Shown here one piece after another: positions 1 through 10,388 of a stretch of DNA of 64,000 bases. Both the position numbers and the translations under genes were made by a program. Numbering within the stretch: the first letter of the stretch is position 1; every line of letters begins with the position of its first letter. The stretch lies in NCBI GenBank assembly GCA_029838195.1, contig JALGVJ010000017.1, forward strand, positions 32,001 to 96,000, written 5' to 3'. The notes below the pieces were generated by a model. That model made no database searches. It was given only the letters and a program-made list of their open reading frames with translations, and had not been told where the DNA came from. This stretch comes from Promethearchaeota archaeon (GTDB lineage: Archaea; Asgardarchaeota; Lokiarchaeia; Sigyniarchaeales; SOKP01).

Positions 1-2
1 CC

Positions 3-3000
3 AATGAAATCTTAAATGAAAATATAGATGCGCCCTCAATAAAAGAATCCAGCGGTAATACTTTAATAAATGAAACCGTGAGCGGAACGGGAGATAATCA
101 AACGGTAAGAACGTATTTTATTAACCAATCATTGGCAGAAAATAACATGGGATATTTCAACATTACCGTTCCTAATAGTGAGATGAATTTTAGCCAAGGC
201 GATTTTAATTTCACGTTTAATAATAATTACACGACAAATCATGTTATCGAGGATGATAATGCTTTAACAAGCCTAAATGAAAATAACTTAATCACCCATG
301 AATATGATCCAAGCAATTCTTGGTTGACTCTATCTGAAGGAGCAGACAACATGAACGGCGATTTTTTAAGCATTTCGGATAATAATGATTCTACTTATTG
401 GAATTTAACTTCAACAAGCGGGACATTAAATTTTACGATTAATGCTAACTTTACTGATGTTCTCTCTTCCGACGTAGAAACCATTTTTAATCGATCGAAC
501 GTGCTCGGTTTTCTTCTTTCGCTTCGATTCAACATTACTTTAGATGCTAATTTAACTATTAAAGCATGGAATAATTCAATAGGTGAATGGGTTGACATTT
601 CAAATACCATCCCAATTAACGCAAGCAGCTCGCAACCACTTCAAATCGATAGGCGTTTCATTAATAAAAACTTGTTTTTCATAAATTCAAGTAATATTAC
701 TAAAGTCCAATTTTATTTTAATAAAACCGATTATTCTTCCAATTTCAACGTGATTTTAATTGAATTTGACTTGAAATCTGCTTTAGCCTTTGATGTTCCC
801 ATAACAAGTGAAAAATACGTGGCATTAGAATTTGACTTGCGAGGTGAAGGAACGAAAATAAATGGCTTTTTTGCTTGGATTCGGACGATTAATCAAATGC
901 TCGCTGATGGTGGACGATTAAACGTTAGCTTGTATAGAGCAAATGATTCCATAGTTAGAAAGGAAACAGAACTACAAAAAAATAGTATCAAACCAGACGA
1001 TGGATCCTATATAGGATCAACTTTAATTTATTCTTTTAAAGGAGATGATGTTTATTATGTTAATTTTAGTTCAATAAACGCCACCAATTTGGGAATTGGG
1101 AATTATTTCATCGTGATTAAATCAAATTTAGCATCCCCAGTATATCGTCTAATCACGATTCCTTGTTCGAAATATGGGGATTTAAAAACCGAGCATCAAT
1201 TAAAAATCAGTACCGATAGTGGGGCAACATGGACCAACGCAAAGAAAACCATTCAAACTACAAATACACCTTATACCTCTAAACAATTAGATGCTAGCTC
1301 TTTCAAATTGAACGTTACCCGTGGTTATTTACCATCTGATTTTAATGGCACGTTAAGGATTGAGAATTTAACGATTGTTGATAAACGCATTGATGTTTAT
1401 CCTTATAAAGGGAGTTCAGTAGAAATAATGGAATGGGGAAAAGGAAGATGGAATCGTGAACTTACAACCCCAATTTCCGCTGATAAATTTAACCATTTAT
1501 TCATTAATTTGACCGGATATCATGCGTTAACTAAAGATTTAAGTTTCAATGTCACGTATTTAGCTGAAATATATCAAAATGAAAATGTTACTTCCATTTT
1601 CCACGTGAATTATAACGGAGTTCCCTTGTGGACGTTAAATGGTACTTTAGACCCTAATCAATATTTAAATTGGAATTTTACAGAATATTGGTTCATTTAT
1701 CCAAATTTTTGGGACACGCGTAATTTAACCACTCCAAATCCTGAAAATGGAGATGCATTGGGAAGTATTGAGGCACCTACACCGTTTTCAGAGGATTCAC
1801 GATTCGAAAAGCTCATTTTAACTACTTCAATTGTTAATGTTTCCAATCCCCTCTACAATGGTTCATACGTGTTGAATTTAACTAGTTATAATTGCATTAA
1901 TCAAATGCACTCCTTTCTTAATTTTGATGGGATTTTATGGGAAACGGAAGGGTTCATGATAGGAGATAATATCTCCGTGAGCGTCTACATTCAAGATGAG
2001 TTCGGTATTGCTCCTTCAAGTGGAAGTGCAAATGCAACCCTGTTTTTTCCCAATAACTCTCGCGTGCCTTCAGCTTCCCTTTATTCTAAGGAAGGAGCTC
2101 TATTATCCCAACTATCACTTTTGAAATATGATTTCTCTAATCAAACACTAATTAATATTTTACCATCGCTTCCCGAAGTTGGACGATATCAAATAGGATT
2201 TTTTTGGACTAATGGGTCGGCAATTGGCTGTAGAAAAATGTATATTTATATTGATAATTACGATATCGAGCTAAGTGGGGCGAATTATTACCCTGAAATT
2301 GGAGTTAACGTACTCGAAGGAAGATTCGTGAAGAAAATTCTGAATACATATTCTATCCTCATGGCTTCGGTAAACGAAACCACGGGAACATGGATTCCAA
2401 ATTATTTTTCTATTAGTAATGAATCTTTGAATAAAATCTTCACTTACCAGTTTGGAGCATATTTATTTAATGTATCTTTAAAGGCGTTTCGACAAAATGA
2501 AACCATTCTAAATCCAAATGAAGAAATCTCCTTTAAAATAACTTTAGAAAATCAAGATGATAATACAGATCTTAACGTGAGAATTAAGGTACAATTATTA
2601 TCTTTAGTAAATGAAAAGTGGATCGTTGCTGAAAAGGATAGTAATACCATTAAATTAAAATATAATGGCCACCCTCAAGATTCTACTACTTTCAATTTAA
2701 CCATTGCCATGCCAAGTTATAATGAGCTGATGAATCGGTGGAATGGAGTAAATTCTCCTGTTCGATTAGGTGGTGTAAAAACGAGAGTACAGGTATATGT
2801 TGAAAACTCGAATGTAGGCCATTTTGATTATCCGGAGTATTCCTTATTAACTAATGTGAATGACACGGAGTTTGAAGGAGAAATCATTACTACTAAGACT
2901 TCGTTCAATATCTCGAGTAATACTATTACTAAAGTATTTGAAAGAGACGAATGCTTGTATTCTCCTCAATTAACTTATTTTATTGTTAATATTTTTGATG

Positions 3001-4073
3001 AAAACTACATTAGTTCCTTGATTAGTCCTAATTTCTCTAAAACCTTCAAATCAGATAGTAAATTTGAAGATATAACTTATTCTCCCTCTAATCCCATTAA
3101 AGGCAATGTCCTCACGCTATCTGCCACATTAAAAACTGAATTTGATGAAATAATGGCTAATAAAAGAGTCACATGTGAATATTTTGATGGAAACTCGTGG
3201 ATTAATATTACATCAGAAAAGACTGATTCTGCGGGAGTTGTATCATTCACGATTGAAACGCTCCCCTTAACAATCCAAGAAAATTTTGGATTCCGTTTAA
3301 AATGGTTAGGAGATGCTAATTTTCTAAGCAAGACGCAAGAAATTCCAATTAATATTACCTCTCAGTTTAATCAAATCTCTCTTCATTTTAATACTCAGGA
3401 AAATCAAGCTTTTTTTCGCAGCCAAAATAATACCTTGACGATTACCATAAGTAATACGGGTAATTCTACTATTAGGATTTTAGATATGAATATCGAGTTT
3501 GATCTCAACATTAATTATACTATTATTGAAAAAAATGTTTATGAGTTAAATAGATTAGAATCCGGACACAGTACGTCTCTCACATTAGAATTTACCATTC
3601 CTGATATCGAACCCGATTTACTAAATGTTACGATATCGGTACGGGGCCAAAATGTGCTTTCTAATGAAATAGTACGCGCAGAGGCGGAAACCTCTTTAAC
3701 ACTTTTGGATCCGTCCCTTCCTACCTTTATTATCGGCATTTCAGCTTTGATTGCGATTGGAGGTATCTGGATCTTTTCCATTTGGTATTCTCGAAAGCTA
3801 ATCGTGAAAATAGAAACTCCTAAAGAAGAAATTCCAAAAAAGAAGAAAAAAATTAAAAAAGGTAAATATGTAAAAGTTTCTGAGCTATCGCAAGAGTCAA
3901 CTAAGCCTTCAGAAAAGGCTCCGGAAGAATCAAAAAAAGAAGTCCCTTCAAAAGAGAAAACTACGGAAAAAAAACAACCGAAAAAAAAGGGTAAAAAAGA
4001 AAAATCCGGTAAGAAAAACGATAAAAAAGTAGATCTTGATGATCTAATAAAAAGAGAAGGTCTTGAAGATTAA
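3..4073 (+). CDS. Large membrane-anchored extracellular glycoprotein (S-layer/Ig-like beta domains), 5'-truncated by the window edge
   Basis: Frame is open from base 3 upstream of the GTG at 78. Asn/Ser/Thr-rich with many N-x-S/T sequons, one C-terminal TM helix (FIIGISALIAIGGIWIFSIWY) and a Lys/Glu-rich cytoplasmic tail. Confidence 0.75.
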   Translation, partial: NEILNENIDAPSIKESSGNTLINETVSGTGDNQTVRTYFINQSLAENNMGYFNITVPNSEMNFSQGDFNFTFNNNYTTNHVIEDDNALTSLNENNLITHEYDPSNSWLTLSEGADNMNGDFLSISDNNDSTYWNLTSTSGTLNFTINANFTDVLSSDVETIFNRSNVLGFLLSLRFNITLDANLTIKAWNNSIGEWVDISNTIPINASSSQPLQIDRRFINKNLFFINSSNITKVQFYFNKTDYSSNFNVILIEFDLKSALAFDVPITSEKYVALEFDLRGEGTKINGFFAWIRTINQMLADGGRLNVSLYRANDSIVRKETELQKNSIKPDDGSYIGSTLIYSFKGDDVYYVNFSSINATNLGIGNYFIVIKSNLASPVYRLITIPCSKYGDLKTEHQLKISTDSGATWTNAKKTIQTTNTPYTSKQLDASSFKLNVTRGYLPSDFNGTLRIENLTIVDKRIDVYPYKGSSVEIMEWGKGRWNRELTTPISADKFNHLFINLTGYHALTKDLSFNVTYLAEIYQNENVTSIFHVNYNGVPLWTLNGTLDPNQYLNWNFTEYWFIYPNFWDTRNLTTPNPENGDALGSIEAPTPFSEDSRFEKLILTTSIVNVSNPLYNGSYVLNLTSYNCINQMHSFLNFDGILWETEGFMIGDNISVSVYIQDEFGIAPSSGSANATLFFPNNSRVPSASLYSKEGALLSQLSLLKYDFSNQTLINILPSLPEVGRYQIGFFWTNGSAIGCRKMYIYIDNYDIELSGANYYPEIGVNVLEGRFVKKILNTYSILMASVNETTGTWIPNYFSISNESLNKIFTYQFGAYLFNVSLKAFRQNETILNPNEEISFKITLENQDDNTDLNVRIKVQLLSLVNEKWIVAEKDSNTIKLKYNGHPQDSTTFNLTIAMPSYNELMNRWNGVNSPVRLGGVKTRVQVYVENSNVGHFDYPEYSLLTNVNDTEFEGEIITTKTSFNISSNTITKVFERDECLYSPQLTYFIVNIFDENYISSLISPNFSKTFKSDSKFEDITYSPSNPIKGNVLTLSATLKTEFDEIMANKRVTCEYFDGNSWINITSEKTDSAGVVSFTIETLPLTIQENFGFRLKWLGDANFLSKTQEIPINITSQFNQISLHFNTQENQAFFRSQNNTLTITISNTGNSTIRILDMNIEFDLNINYTIIEKNVYELNRLESGHSTSLTLEFTIPDIEPDLLNVTISVRGQNVLSNEIVRAEAETSLTLLDPSLPTFIIGISALIAIGGIWIFSIWYSRKLIVKIETPKEEIPKKKKKIKKGKYVKVSELSQESTKPSEKAPEESKKEVPSKEKTTEKKQPKKKGKKEKSGKKNDKKVDLDDLIKREGLED

Positions 4074-4299
4074 AATAAGATTTTTTTTTCTTATCAAATT
4101 AAAATTAGTTATATCTAATTTTAATAGATAATTCAATTATACAATTTCTACTTAATGGATTTAATTTTTTCTTTCTATTCACATTCTTTTTATTTCAAGA
4201 TTAAATAATATCCTAATTAACATCATGAATTTTTCATAAATATTAAAAAAAATAAAAAAATTCTGTTTATTAAGAATAAACGCTTACAGCGATAATTAT

Positions 4300-4818
4300 T
4301 TAACTCGGAAACAAAGCTTCTTCAAAACCCAAGATGAAAGCGAGATAAATGCTAATAACACCGGCATAAAGTATTAATATGATGAGGATTTTTTTTCCAT
4401 GAATCGTTTAAAGAAACCTTCTTTCAAATCTAGCATTTCTGGATGCTTGAAATATTTTAAATTTGTTAATACAGGGCTTTTAATATTCAAAGTACCTAGT
4501 TCCATGAATTCACTAACTTTTATTACTACACTATTCACCCATCTATGATGATAGATTGATAAATATACTAAAGTAACTAAAAAGGGGATTTCGGCCGTCA
4601 TTAAAACAATGAGACCGAAACAAATACGAACCGTGGTGTATAAATTTAAAGCTAAACCTGGAGTTTCCGTTAAACTAGAATAATTTTGAAGCTTCTTAAG
4701 TTAATCTTCATTAAAAAAATTTTATTTTTTCAAGAATATTTCCCTGTCTTGTAAGAAAAATGATTGAAATGATTGAAACAAGCAAGATAATTAATAGTTT
4801 GGCGATTACTTCTGATAA
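4300..4818 (-). pseudogene. Decayed multi-TM membrane protein gene
   Basis: Hydrophobic segments continue across lesions: LSEVIAKLLIILLVSIISIIFL; stop/frameshift near 4700-4715; RICFGLIVLMTAEIPFLVTLVYL (ORF 4374..4601); frameshift in an A8 run near 4390; ILIILILYAGVISIYLAFILGFEEALFPS* with stop at 4300. Confidence 0.45.
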
Positions 4819-4949
4819 TTATTTAATAAATAAACTTGAATTAGAAAATATTGTAGGCGGTTAAAATTGTTAAAAAAATAAGATTTTATAACCTTTATTA
4901 AAAAATTTCTTTCAATCAAAAATAGATGATATAAAATTAAATTGACGTT

Positions 4950-5297
4950 TTATTTCAAAATAGAAACGAGGTTCCTCCTTAAAAGAGCCAGAGAAGCCTT
5001 ACCATCTAATCCCGTTAGACCGATTAAAATTGTTTTTGCTGATCCTACTAATATCGCAAACCCATTTTCTAATTCAATTGTATTAGTTACCAATGACCCT
5101 TTGCCAATATTTTTACCCAATTCATTCGAATCTTGAATGATTTTTGCACATGCGGTGGCTATTTTTGAATGATCCATTTCTACTATCGTTTGCCCAATTA
5201 GTACTTTTCCTTCTTTATCAGCTGCAATTACTCCTTCACATTCAGGAATGGAATCCATTAATTGTGCTAATTTTGGTTCTAATTCTTCCTTACTCAT
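4950..5297 (-). CDS. Roadblock/LC7 (MglB-like) domain protein
   Basis: 115 aa with helix, EGVIAADKEGKVL, helix, then strands TIELENGFAILVGS and ILIGLT: roadblock fold pattern. Confidence 0.8.
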   Translation of the reverse strand: MSKEELEPKLAQLMDSIPECEGVIAADKEGKVLIGQTIVEMDHSKIATACAKIIQDSNELGKNIGKGSLVTNTIELENGFAILVGSAKTILIGLTGLDGKASLALLRRNLVSILK

Positions 5298-5483
5298 GAA
5301 AATTCTGCTCTTACTAATTATTATGTTAAAAAAATTAAATGATTAAATTGTACTTAATAATAATGCGTCAATTAAGATTAATATATCACTATTACAATAT
5401 AAATCTTATATTTTAGCAAAATGATACTTAATATGAGATTAATACATGTAAGAAAGTACTCTTGCTTTATCATTAGCTCTTGA

Positions 5484-5495
5484 TCGTACGTACGA
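5484..5495. promoter_or_regulatory. Perfect 12-bp palindrome between the divergent roadblock genes
   Basis: TCGTACGTACGA, GC-rich within an AT-rich divergent intergenic region. Confidence 0.3.
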
Positions 5496-5625
5496 GGTGG
5501 TATGGGTTCTAACTTATTTTAAGCTTTTAAATTTCAAATATATTTTTATTTATATTCGACTATAATATTTATAATAAGAATGAAACAATTCATTCGATTG
5601 AAATAAAAAGAGGTTAAATAAAAAA

Positions 5626-5910
5626 TTGATAGATACTAATGAAGTTAAAGCCATCATCCGGCGATTTGAAGAGAAAGAAGGCGTGCGCGGCGTGATAATT
5701 TGTGACTCATCGGGACTCCCTATTAAATCTAATCTTGATACAGAATTATCTGAAGAAGTTTCAGCATATATTACTAGTTTGATAGGAAAATCTAATCAGG
5801 TAGTAGATGCATTGAAAGAAGGTACTTTGCGCTTTATCAGGTTAGAAACAAGTAAAGGAGAGATCATGATTGCCTTGGAGTCTAATCTGATTTTAATTGT
5901 TTTAAAATAA
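5626..5910 (+). CDS. Roadblock/LC7 domain protein (dynein light chain roadblock-like)
   Basis: EGVRGVIICDSSGLPIKS...LRFIRLETSKGEIMIA...LILIVLK resembles DYNLRB/LC7. TTG start with GAGG upstream. Confidence 0.85.
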   Translation: MIDTNEVKAIIRRFEEKEGVRGVIICDSSGLPIKSNLDTELSEEVSAYITSLIGKSNQVVDALKEGTLRFIRLETSKGEIMIALESNLILIVLK

Positions 5911-5950
5911 TCTTTTTCCTTACTATTTCTTCTCATTTTTATAAGGAACA

Positions 5951-7237
5951 TTACCAATATTTTTTTGAATTTAGTAAAAATCCCTCTCCGTCAAATTGGA
6001 GGATTTCTGGATTTCCAATAAAATGTACTTGCATATTAGATTCTACTTCCTTCAATAATGCTTCGGATATGAGCATGGTCTTTAGTTTTAATGTATTTTT
6101 AATCCATGCAATGCGAATATGGGAGGAAGGAATTGAACTCATCATTTCTGCTACCGTGTTTAAAACAGCCTGATCATTTAAAAGGATAACGGGTAATTTT
6201 GGTGAATCCGTACGATAAGCAGTTAAAGCATTTGTATAAGTTTGAAATAAATCAATTTTTTCGATTACCCGTTTGGTCGTAAAATCTGCCAATCCAATAC
6301 CTTGAGCATTACCCCTCGTTTCTTCCGTCAAGCCTCGGATAAAAACCCATTGAACATCTATAGGAGAGGAACTTTTTCTTCCGCAAATATTGGGATTCAT
6401 GCCAGTTCCAAAAATATTTTTCCCCATCTCATCAATTATTAATAAATCGAGCTCTCGAAAAGGCATTTTTTCGGTTAATTCTTTGGAGCGTTTTAATAAT
6501 AGCGGTTCTCGTTTAGGGATTTCTTCAATTCTTAAGGCATGGACTTCAGCAATTTCATCATTGATATTTTGTATAATGGCAAGCCCTCCAATGATAGCCG
6601 TTTTTTTCATCAAAATTTCTCGGGTGGCTTTCATTACTTCTTTCCAAGAATAACGGGAAATGAATTGATGATATGTTTTAGCTCCAAAATGCTTTCCAAG
6701 TCCCATTAGACACATTTTACTTAATCCACTTTCGATATCTCCGATAAATTTGGAGTGACTTTTAATCTGATTTATTAAAAATATTTTATCAGCTGAAGCC
6801 GCATGCTTATCAATGACTACAGGCATGCCAAATTCTGTTTCCTCGATTTTTACCACTTCCATTGTAGCTTTTATGGGACATCCCATATTTCTTTCTGTTA
6901 TTCCTCTATCGTGAAGAATAGCAAGCTGTCCTTCAATAGTACCGCCACCATGACTTCCCATTGCCGGAATGATAAAAGGTTTTGTCTTTAATTTCTTAAA
7001 ATAATTCACTACTATTTTTAAAATAAGAGCTTGATGAGGAATTCCTCGAGAGCTGGCCGTTATAGCAATGGTATCCCCCGCCTTAACTAACTCCTCTAAT
7101 TTTATTTTTTGAAACTCTTCATGAATTGATTTTTTAATATCCGAAATTTGAGGACAAGGAATTTCTTGTCTAATCAACCGAAATTTTGGGAGCTCATGAG
7201 ATTTTGTTGTTAACGATGGAATGTTCAACTTTAACAT
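5951..7237 (-). CDS. Lactate racemase-like N-terminal domain protein (LarA/DUF2088 family)
   Basis: IAITASSRGI, PAMGSHGGGT, ESGLSKM, GKH and DEMGKNIFGTGM motifs. Confidence 0.7.
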   Translation of the reverse strand: MLKLNIPSLTTKSHELPKFRLIRQEIPCPQISDIKKSIHEEFQKIKLEELVKAGDTIAITASSRGIPHQALILKIVVNYFKKLKTKPFIIPAMGSHGGGTIEGQLAILHDRGITERNMGCPIKATMEVVKIEETEFGMPVVIDKHAASADKIFLINQIKSHSKFIGDIESGLSKMCLMGLGKHFGAKTYHQFISRYSWKEVMKATREILMKKTAIIGGLAIIQNINDEIAEVHALRIEEIPKREPLLLKRSKELTEKMPFRELDLLIIDEMGKNIFGTGMNPNICGRKSSSPIDVQWVFIRGLTEETRGNAQGIGLADFTTKRVIEKIDLFQTYTNALTAYRTDSPKLPVILLNDQAVLNTVAEMMSSIPSSHIRIAWIKNTLKLKTMLISEALLKEVESNMQVHFIGNPEILQFDGEGFLLNSKKYW

Positions 7238-7290
7238 GTTAACTTTTTTGAATTAAAAGAAATAAATAAATCTAAGGAAATGAAAATATT

Positions 7291-9093
7291 TTATAACAAT
7301 TCATGAAGCCCGAGTTCTTTTAATTTTTTTTCTGTTGGAATACCATTTGATGTCCATTCCATCGCACTGTAATATTCATCAAGTAAAAGATCTAAATTAA
7401 CAATCTGTCCCTTGCTTTCGCCACGAGCAAGAGGCTCTTCTATGAATCGCTTCGGTAATGTATCAGTGCTTCGATCAAATCCGAGTTTTACATTATACAT
7501 TCGCTCTAAATTAATTATACGTTCCGCAGCCTTCTCTAACGATTTGCTATTCATGGGAATACCCGTTACCAAAAAATAAGCCTCTGCTTGATCATCTAAA
7601 GGAACTCCCCCTCTCATGGTCGAGCACAAGGCGATGGAATCGACAATTGCCATGGAAAACTGTTGATTTCGCTCCAGAAGTCCTTTTCCTTTTTCAATAA
7701 GGCGATTTCCCAAAGCCAGTTCCAAACCAAATGTAGTAGCATACATGTGGTGTGCTCCCTTGGGAGAAGTACTATAAGTGAGGGCCATTGCTTTTGCTCC
7801 TCGAGGGTCATAAACGGGAAAAGATTGTCCTTTTGAATGAATGGAAAATTCACTTATTTGAAGTTTTTCTCCCGCGCGTGCCACTCCCTTTGCTAAAATA
7901 TCCCCAAAACCTTCCCGCATTCCGATCTTTTTCAAGCTCTTTAATAATGCCTCTTCATTTCCAAATTTCATTTCAATACCATCCGTATCATCTAACGTGA
8001 GTCGCCCTTTTTCAAAGGCTTCCATCATCATGGAAATGCAAGCACCCCCATTGATCGTGTCAAAACCAAATGTATCGCAGATGCGTGCGGCTTTAAGTAA
8101 TGTTCCCCAGTTTGAAATTCCACAATTAGAACCTAACATTCCCACGGTCTCAAATTCGGGTCCTTCCATCATGATCTTCTCATTCTCTTCAGGAACTAAG
8201 ACCTTTGTCCATTTCCCACATCCAATAGGACATCCAAAGCAAGAACTATCTCCAGAAACGACCTTTTCCCTCATTTGAGGACCTTCTAATTTATATCCTT
8301 CTTCAAAAAAACCCTCCGAAAAATTCCGTGTTACCCAAAACCCCGCCTTATTTATTCTTTCTACTAATTCCATCGTGCCATAAATTCTCCTGATCTGTCC
8401 TATTTTGGACAAGCGAATGTTATCAATTAATCTTTTAGCGAATGGAATGATTTTATCGGGATGAGCCACCTCAACATCATTAGAGCCACTCAAAGCAATC
8501 CCCTTTAAATTTTTTGAGCCCATTACAGCTCCTCCGCCGCCTCGACCAAATTCTCGATATAATCCCGCTGTAATGCACGCAAAACTGACTAATTTCTCAC
8601 CAGCAGGACCAATGACAGCGATTTGAAGGGTTTTATCTCCTCCCAAATCTTCACGAATTAAATGTTCACTTTCAGGAATTAAGTTTCCCCAAATCTTTTC
8701 AGCACTCTTGAATTCGACTTCATCATTATTAATCCAAAGATAGACGGGATTGCTGGCTTTTCCTTCAACAATTAATCCTATATATCCGGCATATCGTAAT
8801 TCAGGCCCCCAATGTCCGCCACAGAGAGAGTATGAATAACTTTCAGTTAGGGGTGATTTAAACGTGACACATATTTTATTATTTCCGGGAATTAAAGTTC
8901 CTGCTAAAGGTCCATTCATGAAAATTAATTTATTTTCTGGATTTAAGGGTAAAGTAGAAGGAGGAACTTCCCTAAATAGAAAATAAGCTCCAAGGCCTCT
9001 TCCTCCCAAAAATAATTCATGAAGTTTAGTATCTATATCTTCTATAGAATATTTTTCAGTGGTGAGATTAATTCGCAATAATTTTCCAAACAT
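7291..9093 (-). CDS. aor: Aldehyde:ferredoxin oxidoreductase family (tungstopterin)
   Basis: LGGRGLG, KSPLT, GRGGGGAVMGSKNLK, CFGCPIGC, GPEFET, YDPRG and DTLPKRF motifs; AGGTGA RBS. Confidence 0.92.
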   Translation of the reverse strand: MFGKLLRINLTTEKYSIEDIDTKLHELFLGGRGLGAYFLFREVPPSTLPLNPENKLIFMNGPLAGTLIPGNNKICVTFKSPLTESYSYSLCGGHWGPELRYAGYIGLIVEGKASNPVYLWINNDEVEFKSAEKIWGNLIPESEHLIREDLGGDKTLQIAVIGPAGEKLVSFACITAGLYREFGRGGGGAVMGSKNLKGIALSGSNDVEVAHPDKIIPFAKRLIDNIRLSKIGQIRRIYGTMELVERINKAGFWVTRNFSEGFFEEGYKLEGPQMREKVVSGDSSCFGCPIGCGKWTKVLVPEENEKIMMEGPEFETVGMLGSNCGISNWGTLLKAARICDTFGFDTINGGACISMMMEAFEKGRLTLDDTDGIEMKFGNEEALLKSLKKIGMREGFGDILAKGVARAGEKLQISEFSIHSKGQSFPVYDPRGAKAMALTYSTSPKGAHHMYATTFGLELALGNRLIEKGKGLLERNQQFSMAIVDSIALCSTMRGGVPLDDQAEAYFLVTGIPMNSKSLEKAAERIINLERMYNVKLGFDRSTDTLPKRFIEEPLARGESKGQIVNLDLLLDEYYSAMEWTSNGIPTEKKLKELGLHELL

Positions 9094-9117
9094 TTTTTCA
9101 CCTTCTTCCTGAATTCA

Positions 9118-9600
9118 TTAATCATTTTGTTTTGTATTTTGAGCCATTACCTCTACAAGCGTCGATTTATACACGTGGTCGGCTCTCTCGATATTCACAT
9201 ATTGTATTGCCTTTTCCGGACAAATTTTCACGCAAGCAGGGTTTCCCTCGCACGTGGTACAAATTAAAACATGTTCGCTTGTAGGATCCATTTGAATGGC
9301 GCCATGTGGACACATTTGAATACATGCCCTGCACGCTACGCAGTTTTCTTGATTTACAATAATTGCATGTGTATCTGGATTAATGGATAATGCATTAAAT
9401 TTACAAGCATCCACGCAGGGTGGCTTAGAGCATTGATGACAATAAAATGCTAAGTCCATTTGAAGGTTAGGGTCTCGAATAATGCGAATGCGTGCTTTTT
9501 CCGGATTCGTGACATTAAAATGAGTCATGACGCATGTTGCTTCACAAAGTCTACATCCAATACATTTTTTTGGTTCAAACACTAATACTTTTCGAATCAT
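9118..9600 (-). CDS. 4Fe-4S polyferredoxin (AOR electron-transfer subunit)
   Basis: Four Cys clusters (CIGCRLC, CHQCSKPPC, CVACRAC, CTTC...C); directly upstream of aor. Confidence 0.88.
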   Translation of the reverse strand: MIRKVLVFEPKKCIGCRLCEATCVMTHFNVTNPEKARIRIIRDPNLQMDLAFYCHQCSKPPCVDACKFNALSINPDTHAIIVNQENCVACRACIQMCPHGAIQMDPTSEHVLICTTCEGNPACVKICPEKAIQYVNIERADHVYKSTLVEVMAQNTKQND

Positions 9601-9645
9601 GGTTCTCTTATTAGAATTTTTAGAGTGAATTCAAATCTCTTCTTT

Positions 9646-10290
9646 TTATAAAAAAAATTGTCTGAACATGTTTTTTTCTTTCTCTTCGCCGATGGAAGTT
9701 CTTCCCATGTGGCCGGGAAAAATGATAAAATTATCGGAAAGATTCGGATTGTACATTATTTTTTTTTTAATGCTTTCAAATAAAACGCTTTGATCACCCC
9801 CCGGGACATCTGAGCGGCCAATACTGCGGCGAAATATGAGATCTCCCGTGAAAATGATGCCATCGATTTGTTGCCCTTTATATTCTTTCACGTCTTTACA
9901 GTAATAGCACAGAGAACCTGGCGAATGTCCTGGAGTTTCCAAGACATAGAGCGTGAGTTCTCCTACAAGAATGGTATCTCCTTCTCGTAGCCATTTATCT
10001 TTTTTGGAAAAGGGACCAAAACCGCTGTTAATTTCTTTTTTATCATACATTACGGGAATATCATAGCTTCTCAAAAATTTTTTAAGTTTCATGACGTGGT
10101 CAAAATGTGCATGAGTTAATAACACAGCAATGGGTCGGGCATTTAATTCTTCAAGAGTTTGGGTGATCTCTTTAATGTCAAAGCCAGGATCGATTACTAC
10201 GACTTCTCTTGTTTTTGAGGAGCCAAAAATGTAACAGTTGGTTGTTAAAGGGCCCACGACTATTTTTTTAAAAATCATGTTTTTTATCAA
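9646..10290 (-). CDS. MBL-fold metallo-hydrolase (glyoxalase II-like)
   Basis: THAHFDH, TPGHSPGS, FTGD and PGH motifs. Confidence 0.9.
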   Translation of the reverse strand: MIKNMIFKKIVVGPLTTNCYIFGSSKTREVVVIDPGFDIKEITQTLEELNARPIAVLLTHAHFDHVMKLKKFLRSYDIPVMYDKKEINSGFGPFSKKDKWLREGDTILVGELTLYVLETPGHSPGSLCYYCKDVKEYKGQQIDGIIFTGDLIFRRSIGRSDVPGGDQSVLFESIKKKIMYNPNLSDNFIIFPGHMGRTSIGEEKEKNMFRQFFL

Positions 10291-10388
10291 TTAAACCTTG
10301 TACATAAAAGGCTACAATGAACTAAATAAAAATATAAATAAATTAATTGTAAGAAGAAAAAATCTTACTTAAATCTTAAATATTGAGA

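Noticed and set aside
4760-4864. 34-aa plus-strand ORF ending LELENIVGG*, resembling a double-glycine leader or ubiquitin-like C-terminus (tempting given the C39-like peptidase)
   Set aside because: No core peptide follows the GG, it is too short for a ubiquitin fold, it has no clear RBS, and it is antisense to the decayed membrane-protein gene.
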